64,000 bases of DNA from Candidatus Poribacteria bacterium (GCA_022822785.1 JAJEAL010000134.1:75349-139348), one strand, 5' to 3'. Positions 52,601-60,433 are shown, numbered from the stretch's first letter. The notes: generated by a model from the sequence alone, not told the origin. Made by a program: numbers and translations.

Positions 52601-52950
52601 ACGGCGATTTGGGCAGATGGTCGTCCGGGTTTGGTATCGGTGGGCACATTCCGCTCGGCAGGCAACTCTTTCTGAACGTTGACTTTATTACGCGCCAGGT
52701 GGGTTATACCGACGAATGGGCGGAGGAGACTTGGCGGTATGATGAACACACCGTCTTGAACAAACTGCGCCTTGGGTTTGGCTGGGAGCAGCACAAATGG
52801 TTCAGCTTCTTTGGTGGTGTTTCGCTCAACTTCCTCGTCTCGGATAGAGGGGACACTTCGGATTTTGGGTACGGATTTGATCATGTATACCGAAGGGATG
52901 ATACGACCGTTCGTATTTGGCCCGGGTTCTTTGCGGGGGTTCAGTTTTGA
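49633..52950 (+). CDS. Secreted tandem-caspase (peptidase C14 x2) protein with Gly-rich 16-aa repeats and a beta-barrel-like C-terminus
   Basis: His/Cys dyads FYFSGHG...DTCYSGD and VYLSGHG...VDACRV. Signal-like N-terminus. Repeats GFQxxGGxNxxGxxxx. C-terminal ...GFFAGVQF. Confidence 0.7.
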   Translation: MIQNSLGQTGGWKEGKMEGWNQSSIFASACILIRWALSVCSLFVIFSQPIHAEQYAILVGVWDYENPNLQLDAPPNDLKLMEAVLSAQGVTQEQMHILPNPNKAQIQRKFRELSRRLTPSDSLLFYFSGHGTQIIDKLGTFPGDEAKGRYPDRNDEALLPVDADLASPKTYLLDDELNTLLQELPTQQVSCIIDTCYSGDILREIRLGRPKGSPVADTPTGIAQPTQIVSHTEDILDESADFALLLAASAYNQVVHELRIPIGETYLPVSAMTYSLYRGVFARSQPPADQMDARQWDGKLTYRQIIQHIQNDHRQWNLAWQPVLEGPGNRFNEVFLPTDLMPQLNDTLTLTTIKGQSISVSRRALALAGGGNFQLGAASGINTRHWAVVIGVDAYPSPFQSLKYAADDAKAVAQVFQDAGANVTLMTPDSLIQPTKANIIEQLQRHAQLEGVDLLTVYLSGHGEDVNGTGYFLPMDVADPLVDGGLSLENLFAILNRANAKHRFVIVDACRVAPKAHFVAALSRYSEESNIIFTACDSNQWAPEVPRLKHGLFTYFLLKGLRGGSQDRGAAGADGTVTVLGLLDYVTRGIEEWHSHLSEEQHYPQQITPRVFYNGKYISLLNNQGIDPAVINNEGLLPQITNTFRHQLARSLELAPSSERNDGVTPSTPKGNDLHLPVTISLIPWISSVGVHDFNRNITTNLSLNIIAGYHTKLDGIELGGVLNIKGLEAKGLQFAGVGNIVGGDVDGFQVSSALNAVGRNMEGFQTSGGVNASGRDVNGFQVAGGANIAGKNVEGFQASGGVNVSGGNLDGFQAAVGGNVVGRDVVGVQATVGANLGGRDLRGLQAAGGANFVGGKVGGRSLQAAVGPNIAGRLEGTQLSVSANIALDRYQETNLSYAGTQIGMVNIAPGDIGTQIGLLNIAGHVGTSQVGLLNVSGRMSGVPIGLISFVKDNPLHLQLWSSDTEVANLGIRLGSRHVYSLLMIGSYPHGDLGRWSSGFGIGGHIPLGRQLFLNVDFITRQVGYTDEWAEETWRYDEHTVLNKLRLGFGWEQHKWFSFFGGVSLNFLVSDRGDTSDFGYGFDHVYRRDDTTVRIWPGFFAGVQF
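51870..52265. repeat. Intragenic ~48-bp tandem repeats (about 8 copies) encoding the Gly-rich 16-aa units
   Basis: Periodicity is visible in all frames. The antisense frame gives PPTxxP repeats. Confidence 0.6.
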
Positions 52951-53016
52951 ACACAATATGCCAGATGCCCTTTTTATGTATGTGGGTTGGGCTTCCTAGC
53001 CCAACATCAAAGGCAT

Positions 53017-53032
53017 CGGGGCAAGATGCCCC
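53017..53032. repeat. 16-nt hairpin CGGGGCAAGATGCCCC, copy 1
   Basis: Identical to 56825-56840; lies 35 nt beyond the 3' end of the PLD-SNF2 gene. Confidence 0.6.
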
Positions 53033-53066
53033 TCCCACTGGCCCGAACGGATTTTTCGGCGTTAAT

Positions 53067-56000
53067 TTAGACCAATGCTGCGCTGCAAATAATCTTTGGA
53101 ACGGTTTCATTTTCAAGTTGTGCGGCTTGCTGCCTCGATTCCCATTCCCGCATGTTGTGTTGACGATACAGGTCTCTCAGATTTTTCAGCAAGGCATCTC
53201 CGGTCACGCCGTTTCGACGCAGTAAATTGAGTTCTCGATTCACCGCGGTTGTAATTGTCCCACGAAACGCCTTTTCCAGTGTGCTGACTTGAGCGGAGAC
53301 ATCTTCATCACCACCCCCCGCCCCCCCGCCGCTAGCGGGGGGGAGAGAGGGGGTAATGATTTTCAATTCCCTTAACACATACCGTTGCCCCTGTGTCAGG
53401 GAGAGGGTGTGCTTGCGTTCCGATTGCAGGTCTTTGATTTCTTGGATGAATAACCGCTTGACCCCCATGATAGTCGCATTGTAATCCGTAGGCAACTCGC
53501 CCCCGGGAAGTTCCGGTTCGCACTCAATCTGATTGAGGATGCGGGAGATGTCTCTGGAGGTAATATCGCCTTTTTCATCCAAAAGGAACAGTTGTTGATA
53601 ACGTCCCGCTTGACAGAACAGATAGGTGCCTTCTGAGCCTTTTGGGATTGCTGTGCGAATCCCGTCTCTCAGATTCGCGATTCGCTCATACTCCTCCGGA
53701 TCCTCACGCCGCAGCTGTCTCAGAATTTCTTCGGCTTCGTTGAGATCGATTACCTTTTCATCTTCGCTTTCTTCAAACAGACTCAACTGCTCGCCTTCCT
53801 CCTCATAGATAGCATACATCGCCGCTTCGTTAAGTTGTTCGGAGTTATCGAGGATAGCTGCGTCCTCACCAATCGTATCGTGAATTTCTTGGATACGGCG
53901 TTGAAGGATTTGTTGCAATCCCAAATTTTGTTCGATGCCGGTTTCTGGCAGAAAGTTAAAGCCGTAAATCACATCGTGCTCGCTACCGATACGGTCGATA
54001 CGCCCGAATCGCTGGATCAGTCGCACAGGATTCCAGTGGAGATCGTAGTTAATGATTTTGTCGCCGTCCTGTAGGTTAAGTCCTTCCGCCAATACGTCGG
54101 TAGCGATAAGGGTGGACAGTTCCGATTCTCCACGCTGAAAACGGTACTCTGAATTTGCTTTCGGCGCAAAACGCCCCACGACCCGTTCTTTGCTTTTATC
54201 ACCGCTATAGATCACGTCAATATCAGTCCGTTTGCTGTTGGGGTTAATATTGTCAAACAGATAACGCGCTGTATCCGCATATTGGGTGAAGATTAGGCAC
54301 TTTCCCTCGTTAAGAGGCGGTTCTGCCAACCGTTTTTTGAGGATTTGCAGCTTCGCATCTTGCTCAGCGGTGATTGGTGATACAAGGTCTGACATCGCTC
54401 GTAGCAGCTGGAGGTCATGCTCAATATCCCCACGTAGCTCGTCGATTTTGAAATCTGCAATGTTGTATCGCGCTGAAGCTTGCCTCAACGCATCCATCAG
54501 GTCCTGTTCCTCTGCTTCGTTCGGTTCGTAGAGGAGGTCTTGTGCTTGGTCACCGGCGGGAACAATGCCTTCTTCTATAGCTTTGAGAAAGCGTTCGTGA
54601 ATCTTCAACAATCGACGCACTGATATCTTAAAGGCGTACACACTGGATTCAAATCGCTTGAACAGGAGTATCCGCATCAGCCCACGAAGGTTGACCCCTG
54701 AACGTTGCAGGTTGGTGTAGGGCTCCTGTTTCTGCTTTGACTTAATTACGTAATTCCAGAGCCCATAGCGGGCATAGGTTAGTGTGCTAACTGAAGAGGA
54801 AGGTGATCGGCTGCCTCGCGGTTTTCCCAGATGTTCCCGCAGCTGAAGGTAAAGCCCCTGATAGGTGTCTTCAATATTGTAGGAGATGGTTTCCAAGACA
54901 CGATTGGGGAAGAACTGCTTGTTTCCACCGACAACGACGTAAGCCTTTCGATGTCCGTCAAGATACTCCTGAAATTGGGACGGATCAACGGGTTGGTCGG
55001 TCTCTCCGTCGAAGCCGTACCAACGCAAGATATGATTGCGGGTGCGTCGGATGAGGATATTTCCTAACAGGTCGGGGAGATTTTTTTCTCGCTTCTCAAT
55101 CTGGCGAAAGTATGTCCGCAGGTTGGGGGGATCTATTGGTAAGTCAGTGATGTCTTCGGGGTGAAAGAGTTTAATCTGGTGGTATACGTCCCAAGCACTC
55201 TTGTTGCGTGGTGTCGCGGTGAGAAAACAGCATTGTCGCCCGGTGGCTAAAAAGGCCTGCAGCACTCTGTAACGTTGCGTGTCACGATGGCGGAAATTAT
55301 GACTCTCATCAACCAGTACAAAGTTCCGGTCGCGGTATATCACATCATCAAGAATTGTCGAAGTGAGATCGTACCCCTGTTCATCCGGTCGATCCTCACC
55401 TTCTCGTAAATGTCCCATAGAAAGGACGCGGGCGTTGAGTTGATAGACTTCGTTGTAGCGTTCCCACATTTGGACCAACGGGGCGGGGCAGACAATTAGT
55501 GGACGTGCATTTTCCGCCCATTCAAAATACTTGACAATTGCTGCACCGATGTAGCTTTTACCGAGACCGACGACATCTGCGACAAAGGCACCGCCGTAAT
55601 CCCGAATAATCTGCACCGCTTGCTGGACCGCAACTTTCTGAAAATCCGCTAACTGTTTGGTAATGTCCTCCTCCCAGAGTATGTCCCCCTCGTCGCCCCC
55701 TTCAAGTCGATCTTTAACCAACTCATAGAGTGTCTTCATGTAAATGTCGTAGGGGGACACGGGGGCGATTGCCCACGATGATTTCATTACCTCCATTAGG
55801 GATTCATCGAAATTTTGCGCTTCATCCCAGAGTTCGTCGAACCAGCGACATAGTTCGGCGTGGTTTGCGTTCCCTTGCACCACAACGTTTAGCTCGGTAT
55901 TGTGGCTTACACCGGCTAGTGTGAGGTTAGATGATCCGACAACGGCGATGCCTTTTTCATAGCGTCCTTCGTCGTTATAATCGAAGATGTAGGCTTTGGC

Positions 56001-56465
56001 GTGTAGTCTGCCTTTGGTGTAGACGCGGACCCGCAGCCGCTTTTCTTTTATCATCTCGACCAACGTTTTGATCAACAATTCACCGTCGTCGGTCTGATCC
56101 ATTAACTCCACAGACTCTATGATGTTCTCTGCGGTTTCTGCCCCCATCTGTTGACTTTCGATGCGTTTGGGGTAGGTCTGGGCTTCGGCGACATCGGCGA
56201 CCTGTTCTAACCTGGGATACCCTTCGGCGAGCTGCTCCAACGTCTCACGATTGGTGGTATTACCGATCAGCAAGCGGAGTTCTTTGACGCCCTGTAGTTC
56301 TTTCGCAATGCTTTGAAATCCCGACAGAAAAAAATACCCTACCGCGAATCTCGCTTTTTCGGTGGAGTCGAGGATGAGGTTGATGTGTTCTGCCAACTTT
56401 TCGCTTCGGTTGTCAATGATGTCGTGTTGCATTTCGGTTGCTTGCCCTAGTTTTTTGCCGTTCAA
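53067..56465 (-). CDS. PLD-family (HKD) nuclease fused to an SNF2-family SF2 helicase, 1132 aa
   Basis: HKD motif RLHAKAYIFD in the N-terminal domain. SNF2/DEXH motifs GLGKS, FVLVDESHNFR, LIATDVLAEGLNLQ, QRFGRIDRIGS. Confidence 0.75.
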   Translation of the reverse strand: MNGKKLGQATEMQHDIIDNRSEKLAEHINLILDSTEKARFAVGYFFLSGFQSIAKELQGVKELRLLIGNTTNRETLEQLAEGYPRLEQVADVAEAQTYPKRIESQQMGAETAENIIESVELMDQTDDGELLIKTLVEMIKEKRLRVRVYTKGRLHAKAYIFDYNDEGRYEKGIAVVGSSNLTLAGVSHNTELNVVVQGNANHAELCRWFDELWDEAQNFDESLMEVMKSSWAIAPVSPYDIYMKTLYELVKDRLEGGDEGDILWEEDITKQLADFQKVAVQQAVQIIRDYGGAFVADVVGLGKSYIGAAIVKYFEWAENARPLIVCPAPLVQMWERYNEVYQLNARVLSMGHLREGEDRPDEQGYDLTSTILDDVIYRDRNFVLVDESHNFRHRDTQRYRVLQAFLATGRQCCFLTATPRNKSAWDVYHQIKLFHPEDITDLPIDPPNLRTYFRQIEKREKNLPDLLGNILIRRTRNHILRWYGFDGETDQPVDPSQFQEYLDGHRKAYVVVGGNKQFFPNRVLETISYNIEDTYQGLYLQLREHLGKPRGSRSPSSSVSTLTYARYGLWNYVIKSKQKQEPYTNLQRSGVNLRGLMRILLFKRFESSVYAFKISVRRLLKIHERFLKAIEEGIVPAGDQAQDLLYEPNEAEEQDLMDALRQASARYNIADFKIDELRGDIEHDLQLLRAMSDLVSPITAEQDAKLQILKKRLAEPPLNEGKCLIFTQYADTARYLFDNINPNSKRTDIDVIYSGDKSKERVVGRFAPKANSEYRFQRGESELSTLIATDVLAEGLNLQDGDKIINYDLHWNPVRLIQRFGRIDRIGSEHDVIYGFNFLPETGIEQNLGLQQILQRRIQEIHDTIGEDAAILDNSEQLNEAAMYAIYEEEGEQLSLFEESEDEKVIDLNEAEEILRQLRREDPEEYERIANLRDGIRTAIPKGSEGTYLFCQAGRYQQLFLLDEKGDITSRDISRILNQIECEPELPGGELPTDYNATIMGVKRLFIQEIKDLQSERKHTLSLTQGQRYVLRELKIITPSLPPASGGGAGGGDEDVSAQVSTLEKAFRGTITTAVNRELNLLRRNGVTGDALLKNLRDLYRQHNMREWESRQQAAQLENETVPKIICSAALV

Positions 56466-56791
56466 TCCTGTGAGGATTCTGTTCGCAATGCTTGTCCAAT
56501 ATATTCGTCGTGTCGTTCGCTGAGATCTGTGGAATCACATTCCAATGTACCTGCCAAGGCTAGTAGTGGATCGGGGTTGCCAGACATCATTTTCCGTAAG
56601 TGACTGTCGTTTTCTACTATCCCGTCTAGGGCACTTTCGGCAGATAAATTTGTCTGCTCACGTTCAAACCGTTCAACCATAGCCGCAACCCATTGAGCGG
56701 TCATTTCTTCGGGAGTTTTCCCGAATTGTTGGGCGATATGTTTTAAGGAACGATACAAACTGTTCTCAAGTTTGATTGTTAATGTTTGCAT
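56462..56791 (-). CDS. Small putative ribbon-helix-helix (CopG/Arc-like) protein, translationally coupled (ATGA overlap) to the PLD-SNF2 gene
   Basis: 109 aa. N-terminal TLTIKLENSLYRSLKHIAQQFGKTPEEM is a strand-helix pattern typical of RHH. The assignment is tentative. Confidence 0.35.
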   Translation of the reverse strand: MQTLTIKLENSLYRSLKHIAQQFGKTPEEMTAQWVAAMVERFEREQTNLSAESALDGIVENDSHLRKMMSGNPDPLLALAGTLECDSTDLSERHDEYIGQALRTESSQD

Positions 56792-56824
56792 TGACTTGTA
56801 TCTCCTACGGATTGTTTTGATGGG

Positions 56825-56848
56825 CGGGGCAAGATGCCCCGCCTACGG
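56825..56848. repeat. 16-nt hairpin CGGGGCAAGATGCCCC, copy 2, extended as GCGGGGCAAGATGCCCCGCCTACGGG
   Basis: Identical core to 53017-53032, in the same orientation. Confidence 0.6.
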
Positions 56849-56860
56849 GATATGGTGTTA

Positions 56861-57331
56861 TTACTCCCTTGCCCAACCTATCAGTGCTTTATCGGGGGAG
56901 GCAATGTCGTTGATGGATGTATAATAGTAGCGTTCCCATCCGAGACGAGGCAGACCGGTGAAAATCATCAGGTTGAGTGGATATACATCACTATCGACAG
57001 CACGTCGAAAGTCGTCCCGAAATAGGAAGGTGGGCTTACCGAGTGCTATCGCTATTCCTAGCTCGATCATGACCCCTTCATCTGGGGGCACTCCGTTTAT
57101 GACCGCAAAAATTGCGTCCGCATCGAATACGTCCTGTTTGTCCTTCTGTCCAATTCGGTACGCCCAGTCGGAGGATAACCTGTCCTGGTTATTGCGTTCA
57201 AACGGCTCCCATACTTCTAACCCAACCGCTTCCAATGCCTTAACGAGAGCGGGTAAAGCGGTCTCTCGCAGTTGCTCTGAGAAGCCGTAGGGATTTGCCA
57301 GATATATTGTCTTTTTTTTTGTTACGGTCAT
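56861..57331 (-). CDS. Nucleoside 2-deoxyribosyltransferase / DNPH1 (Rcl)-fold protein
   Basis: 156 aa. IYLANPYGF...AVINGVPPDEGVMIELGIAIALGKPTF matches the NDT/DNPH1 D..G...E.G.A.A.GKP nucleophile motif. Confidence 0.6.
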   Translation of the reverse strand: MTVTKKKTIYLANPYGFSEQLRETALPALVKALEAVGLEVWEPFERNNQDRLSSDWAYRIGQKDKQDVFDADAIFAVINGVPPDEGVMIELGIAIALGKPTFLFRDDFRRAVDSDVYPLNLMIFTGLPRLGWERYYYTSINDIASPDKALIGWARE

Positions 57332-57336
57332 CGGTT

Positions 57337-58560
57337 CTACGATTCGCTCTCTTCTTGCAGAGATTTTGCCGCAAAAATTGTTAAGCGTAATTCTTCGCCG
57401 AACAGTTCGTATACAGGGATTTTGCCGCTAAGCTGCTCACTCTCGTTCAGGATGATACCAACCCCCTCACCCCGACGTTCTAAAAAGTGTCGCCGAACTA
57501 CCTGTGAACCCATATCATCGTCGAGCGTAATTTCCGAAAGTAGGCGAGCGAGGAGTTCGTTACGGGTTGCCTGATTATAGCGCAAATCGTCCACTGTTAA
57601 GGTATTTGCCAATGCACCCGGCGAATAGAGCTCTAGCCGGTCCGTGAACATAAATAGACGAATCTTCGATCCGGCTTTTGAATAATCTCTATGTACCACG
57701 GCGTTAACCACTGCCTCAAAAACCGCTCTCATACTGTATTGTGATCGCTCTATTCTGCCGATTTCCTTGCGAGCCGAGACTTGGTTATATCTCTCAACAA
57801 ATTTGAAGGCATCCACAATCTGTTGATCCAACGGTCCTCTAAAATCTTTACCATCAATCTGGTAGTTCGCATCCCTTTCCACGCCATTATAGAAAACAGC
57901 TTGAATGAAACTGTTGTAGAGGTAATCGTCGGGTCTATCATGACACATCAACAGACCAGCCACCGAGGCGCGATCCTCCTGCCCCTCTTTGACCAGCAAA
58001 CGCCTTTTCAATAGCAGGTCTTCTACCTTCTCACGTTCAGTCGCTTCTTCTGTGATAAATCGTTGATACAGTGTTTCCCTTAATATGTCTTTGTGAGTGC
58101 TCGGCACAAACTGTTCGTCAAAAGCGATGATACGTGCCTGTGAGCGGCTTTGTAGCAATCGCCCTAACTGCTCGGTGGTCATCCTGCTCTTGCTGCTGCC
58201 TTGACGAATGAAGTAACGGCCGGATGATTCGTGGACAAACAAGCTACGGGGCACCTCTATTTTTAACAGGTTTTTGTCATCAATCCGCAGTTTTTCGGTA
58301 AGGATGTGAACCATGGGGTCAATGTTATCCCGGCATACTTCAACCATTGTTCTCTCTATCCTGTCCAGATCTTGGCGATCCATACCGACAATTTCACTAT
58401 CGTCGTCAACACCGATCAGTATCACCCCACCGTTAGCGTTGGCAAAAGCAGCGACTTCCTCGGCAAGACTCTCTCTGTGAGGTAACTCTCTTTTGAATTC
58501 AATCGTTGAGTCTTTCCCTAGGTATATTTTTTCGGTGAGCTCGGTCAAACTGTCAAACAT
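57337..58560 (-). CDS. COG2865-type protein: AlbA_2 (Schlafen-like 'divergent AAA') domain plus C-terminal HATPase_c_4-like domain
   Basis: 407 aa, N-terminal ...KDSTIEFKRELPH...ANANGGVILIGVDD typical of AlbA_2. 5-bp gap to the NDT-like gene. Confidence 0.6.
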   Translation of the reverse strand: MFDSLTELTEKIYLGKDSTIEFKRELPHRESLAEEVAAFANANGGVILIGVDDDSEIVGMDRQDLDRIERTMVEVCRDNIDPMVHILTEKLRIDDKNLLKIEVPRSLFVHESSGRYFIRQGSSKSRMTTEQLGRLLQSRSQARIIAFDEQFVPSTHKDILRETLYQRFITEEATEREKVEDLLLKRRLLVKEGQEDRASVAGLLMCHDRPDDYLYNSFIQAVFYNGVERDANYQIDGKDFRGPLDQQIVDAFKFVERYNQVSARKEIGRIERSQYSMRAVFEAVVNAVVHRDYSKAGSKIRLFMFTDRLELYSPGALANTLTVDDLRYNQATRNELLARLLSEITLDDDMGSQVVRRHFLERRGEGVGIILNESEQLSGKIPVYELFGEELRLTIFAAKSLQEESES

Positions 58561-58676
58561 CGCTTATTCCTTAGATGAATATGCTATTGTCTGAATCGTG
58601 GATTGTCGTGGATTAACGCATGACACGGATTAAATCCCCGGTTTCCCATTGCTGGAAATTGTTACTTCCCTTGCGG

Positions 58677-58964
58677 TCAAGTGGGTTCTCCCACAGATAT
58701 GAGCGAAAGATCTTCAAGAAATGAACGTACATTTTCAATCTGCGAATCGTCAATATCCCAATCATACTCTTTAGCAACTTCTTGGATCTGTTCGGTTGTG
58801 GTTCTGCCTTGCCGGTTGACAATATAGTAGTGCGGACCGAAACCAAGATCAGTTTCCTCTAATACCGAAAGAAAATAAAGTTTCTTTTGGAGGGTGGTTC
58901 GCCCCCGGAGACTTTTATTGTTTTCGCTTCCAATGACAAGCAAAATCAGGTCTTGAATGTGCAT
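58677..58964 (-). CDS. Hypothetical 95-aa protein, weak resemblance to the Panacea (DUF4065) antitoxin-associated domain
   Basis: GRTTLQKKLYFLSV resembles the Panacea (T)KLQKLLYFAQ motif. Weak. Confidence 0.25.
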   Translation of the reverse strand: MHIQDLILLVIGSENNKSLRGRTTLQKKLYFLSVLEETDLGFGPHYYIVNRQGRTTTEQIQEVAKEYDWDIDDSQIENVRSFLEDLSLISVGEPT

Positions 58965-59102
58965 AGAACCTCTTTTCTTTTCGGGACAATGTCCTTTGAC
59001 TCCCTCTTGTCAGGAAGCTAGCAAAATATCTTACTTATTTTTACTTCATTTTGGCATTGATCATAGGAGGGCGATTTACTACGACGAGGTAGTCCAGCAG
59101 AT

Positions 59103-59516
59103 TTACGTCTTGACGATGACAAATACACCGATGATGAAGGCAATCTCTATTATGTAAAAAATAATGAGGGTGAGGGAAAAGATAGCGGAAAGCCAGCTAC
59201 ATTTCGGTTTATCTCTGTGCTTTAGGGAACTCATCTCAAAATCGGTATCGGATTGAACCCTGATTTCGTTGTATACTTGTCGAAACAATCTTTCTTGCCA
59301 GAGAAAGTATCCGTCCAGAATCCAAAACCCAAGGGCGGGCAGGATAAGCACTAGGACAAAGTACGGGTTTTGTATTTCAGGTTTGGCGATTAAAACCATC
59401 GCTGCGACAATAATAGTCATACTCCAACTTTTGACTAAGAAACTATTGCTCCCCAAACGGTTGATAACAGCTTGGGTCATTTCCAAGTGCTTTACGACCT
59501 TTTCCGTACCATTCAT
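59103..59516 (-). CDS. Small membrane protein with three predicted TM helices
   Basis: 137 aa. Three hydrophobic segments (TIIVAAMVLIA, FVLVLILPALGFWIL, LSAIFSLTLIIFYIIEIAFIIGVFVIV). AT-rich gene. Confidence 0.45.
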   Translation of the reverse strand: MNGTEKVVKHLEMTQAVINRLGSNSFLVKSWSMTIIVAAMVLIAKPEIQNPYFVLVLILPALGFWILDGYFLWQERLFRQVYNEIRVQSDTDFEMSSLKHRDKPKCSWLSAIFSLTLIIFYIIEIAFIIGVFVIVKT

Positions 59517-59612
59517 GGTTTTATCCTCCTGTGCCGCATTTTGAAATTTGGTGATGTAATCATAAGGTTAATTTTTTATTAAGGATTTTCTCTACAATGC
59601 AGATTTCCTCGC

Positions 59613-60281
59613 TTATTCTTGCACCATTTTCGTTATGTTGTAATCATCTATTTTTTCTTTTATGTCTTCAGCCGTTTGAAGGTATGTTTCTTTATCTGCT
59701 ATAAAATCGCACCATTTAACTGAATGAATGTACGAGGACGCCCCTGTGTAAACAGGATAGTTGCTTGGATGGTTTGCACAGTTATTAAATGCAGGTTCCT
59801 TTATATTGAACATATTATCTTTCAGTATCTGAAACAGTCTATCAATATATAGAGATCTACAATGGCAAATGATACATGTGTCATCTGCAAGAAAGTAGCT
59901 ATATGATAAATATTCATCTGGCAAAACAACTGCTAACATTGCATTTGTTCGGCTTGTACGTCCATTCCGTGTAATTTCTTTCAGAGAGTATGAAACTTCC
60001 CACGGAATCCATTGGTCAGATTCCTTTTGCTCAGAATCTTTCATTTCTGGTGAAATTAGGACAAGCGTTAAACTACTGTCGTATATTTTGTCTTTTAGAT
60101 GAGATTCGATGGTTTCATCCTTAAAATCACTTAAATCTTCATCACCCTCCCCTTTGTAGATTTCATCATCTTCAAATAAATCAATTAGCTCATCAACATA
60201 AGCACGGGCAGTTGTTTCACCGTTAATAGGTTGAACACTATCATCAGCATGTTTATAGGAAACAAAAATTTTTCTTGCCAT
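59613..60281 (-). CDS. TIR-like protein (DUF1863 / ThsB-like)
   Basis: 222 aa. N-terminal KIFVSYKHADD and SLTLVLISPEMKDSE...WIPWEVSYSL resemble ThsB RVFFSFHYQD / TCVLIGSQT...WVRYEI. Confidence 0.55.
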   Translation of the reverse strand: MARKIFVSYKHADDSVQPINGETTARAYVDELIDLFEDDEIYKGEGDEDLSDFKDETIESHLKDKIYDSSLTLVLISPEMKDSEQKESDQWIPWEVSYSLKEITRNGRTSRTNAMLAVVLPDEYLSYSYFLADDTCIICHCRSLYIDRLFQILKDNMFNIKEPAFNNCANHPSNYPVYTGASSYIHSVKWCDFIADKETYLQTAEDIKEKIDDYNITKMVQE

Positions 60282-60433
60282 TTAGTTGTTGCTCCTTATC
60301 AATTTCCCAATTCCTATCAAAATATTTGCTTTCTGCATCCGTGCCCCCACAAGATAAACAACCCCTTAATGCATACCATCCCGTTCTCCTCGCGTGACGT
60401 TGAGGACGTTTGAAAATGAGCGTTTTACCACGA

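Noticed and set aside
52951-53066. Hairpins between the convergent caspase and PLD-SNF2 genes as classic terminators
   Set aside because: Stems are present (GTTGGGCT/AGCCCAAC and GGGGCA/TGCCCC) but neither is followed by a U-run on either strand. They were treated as repeat elements instead.
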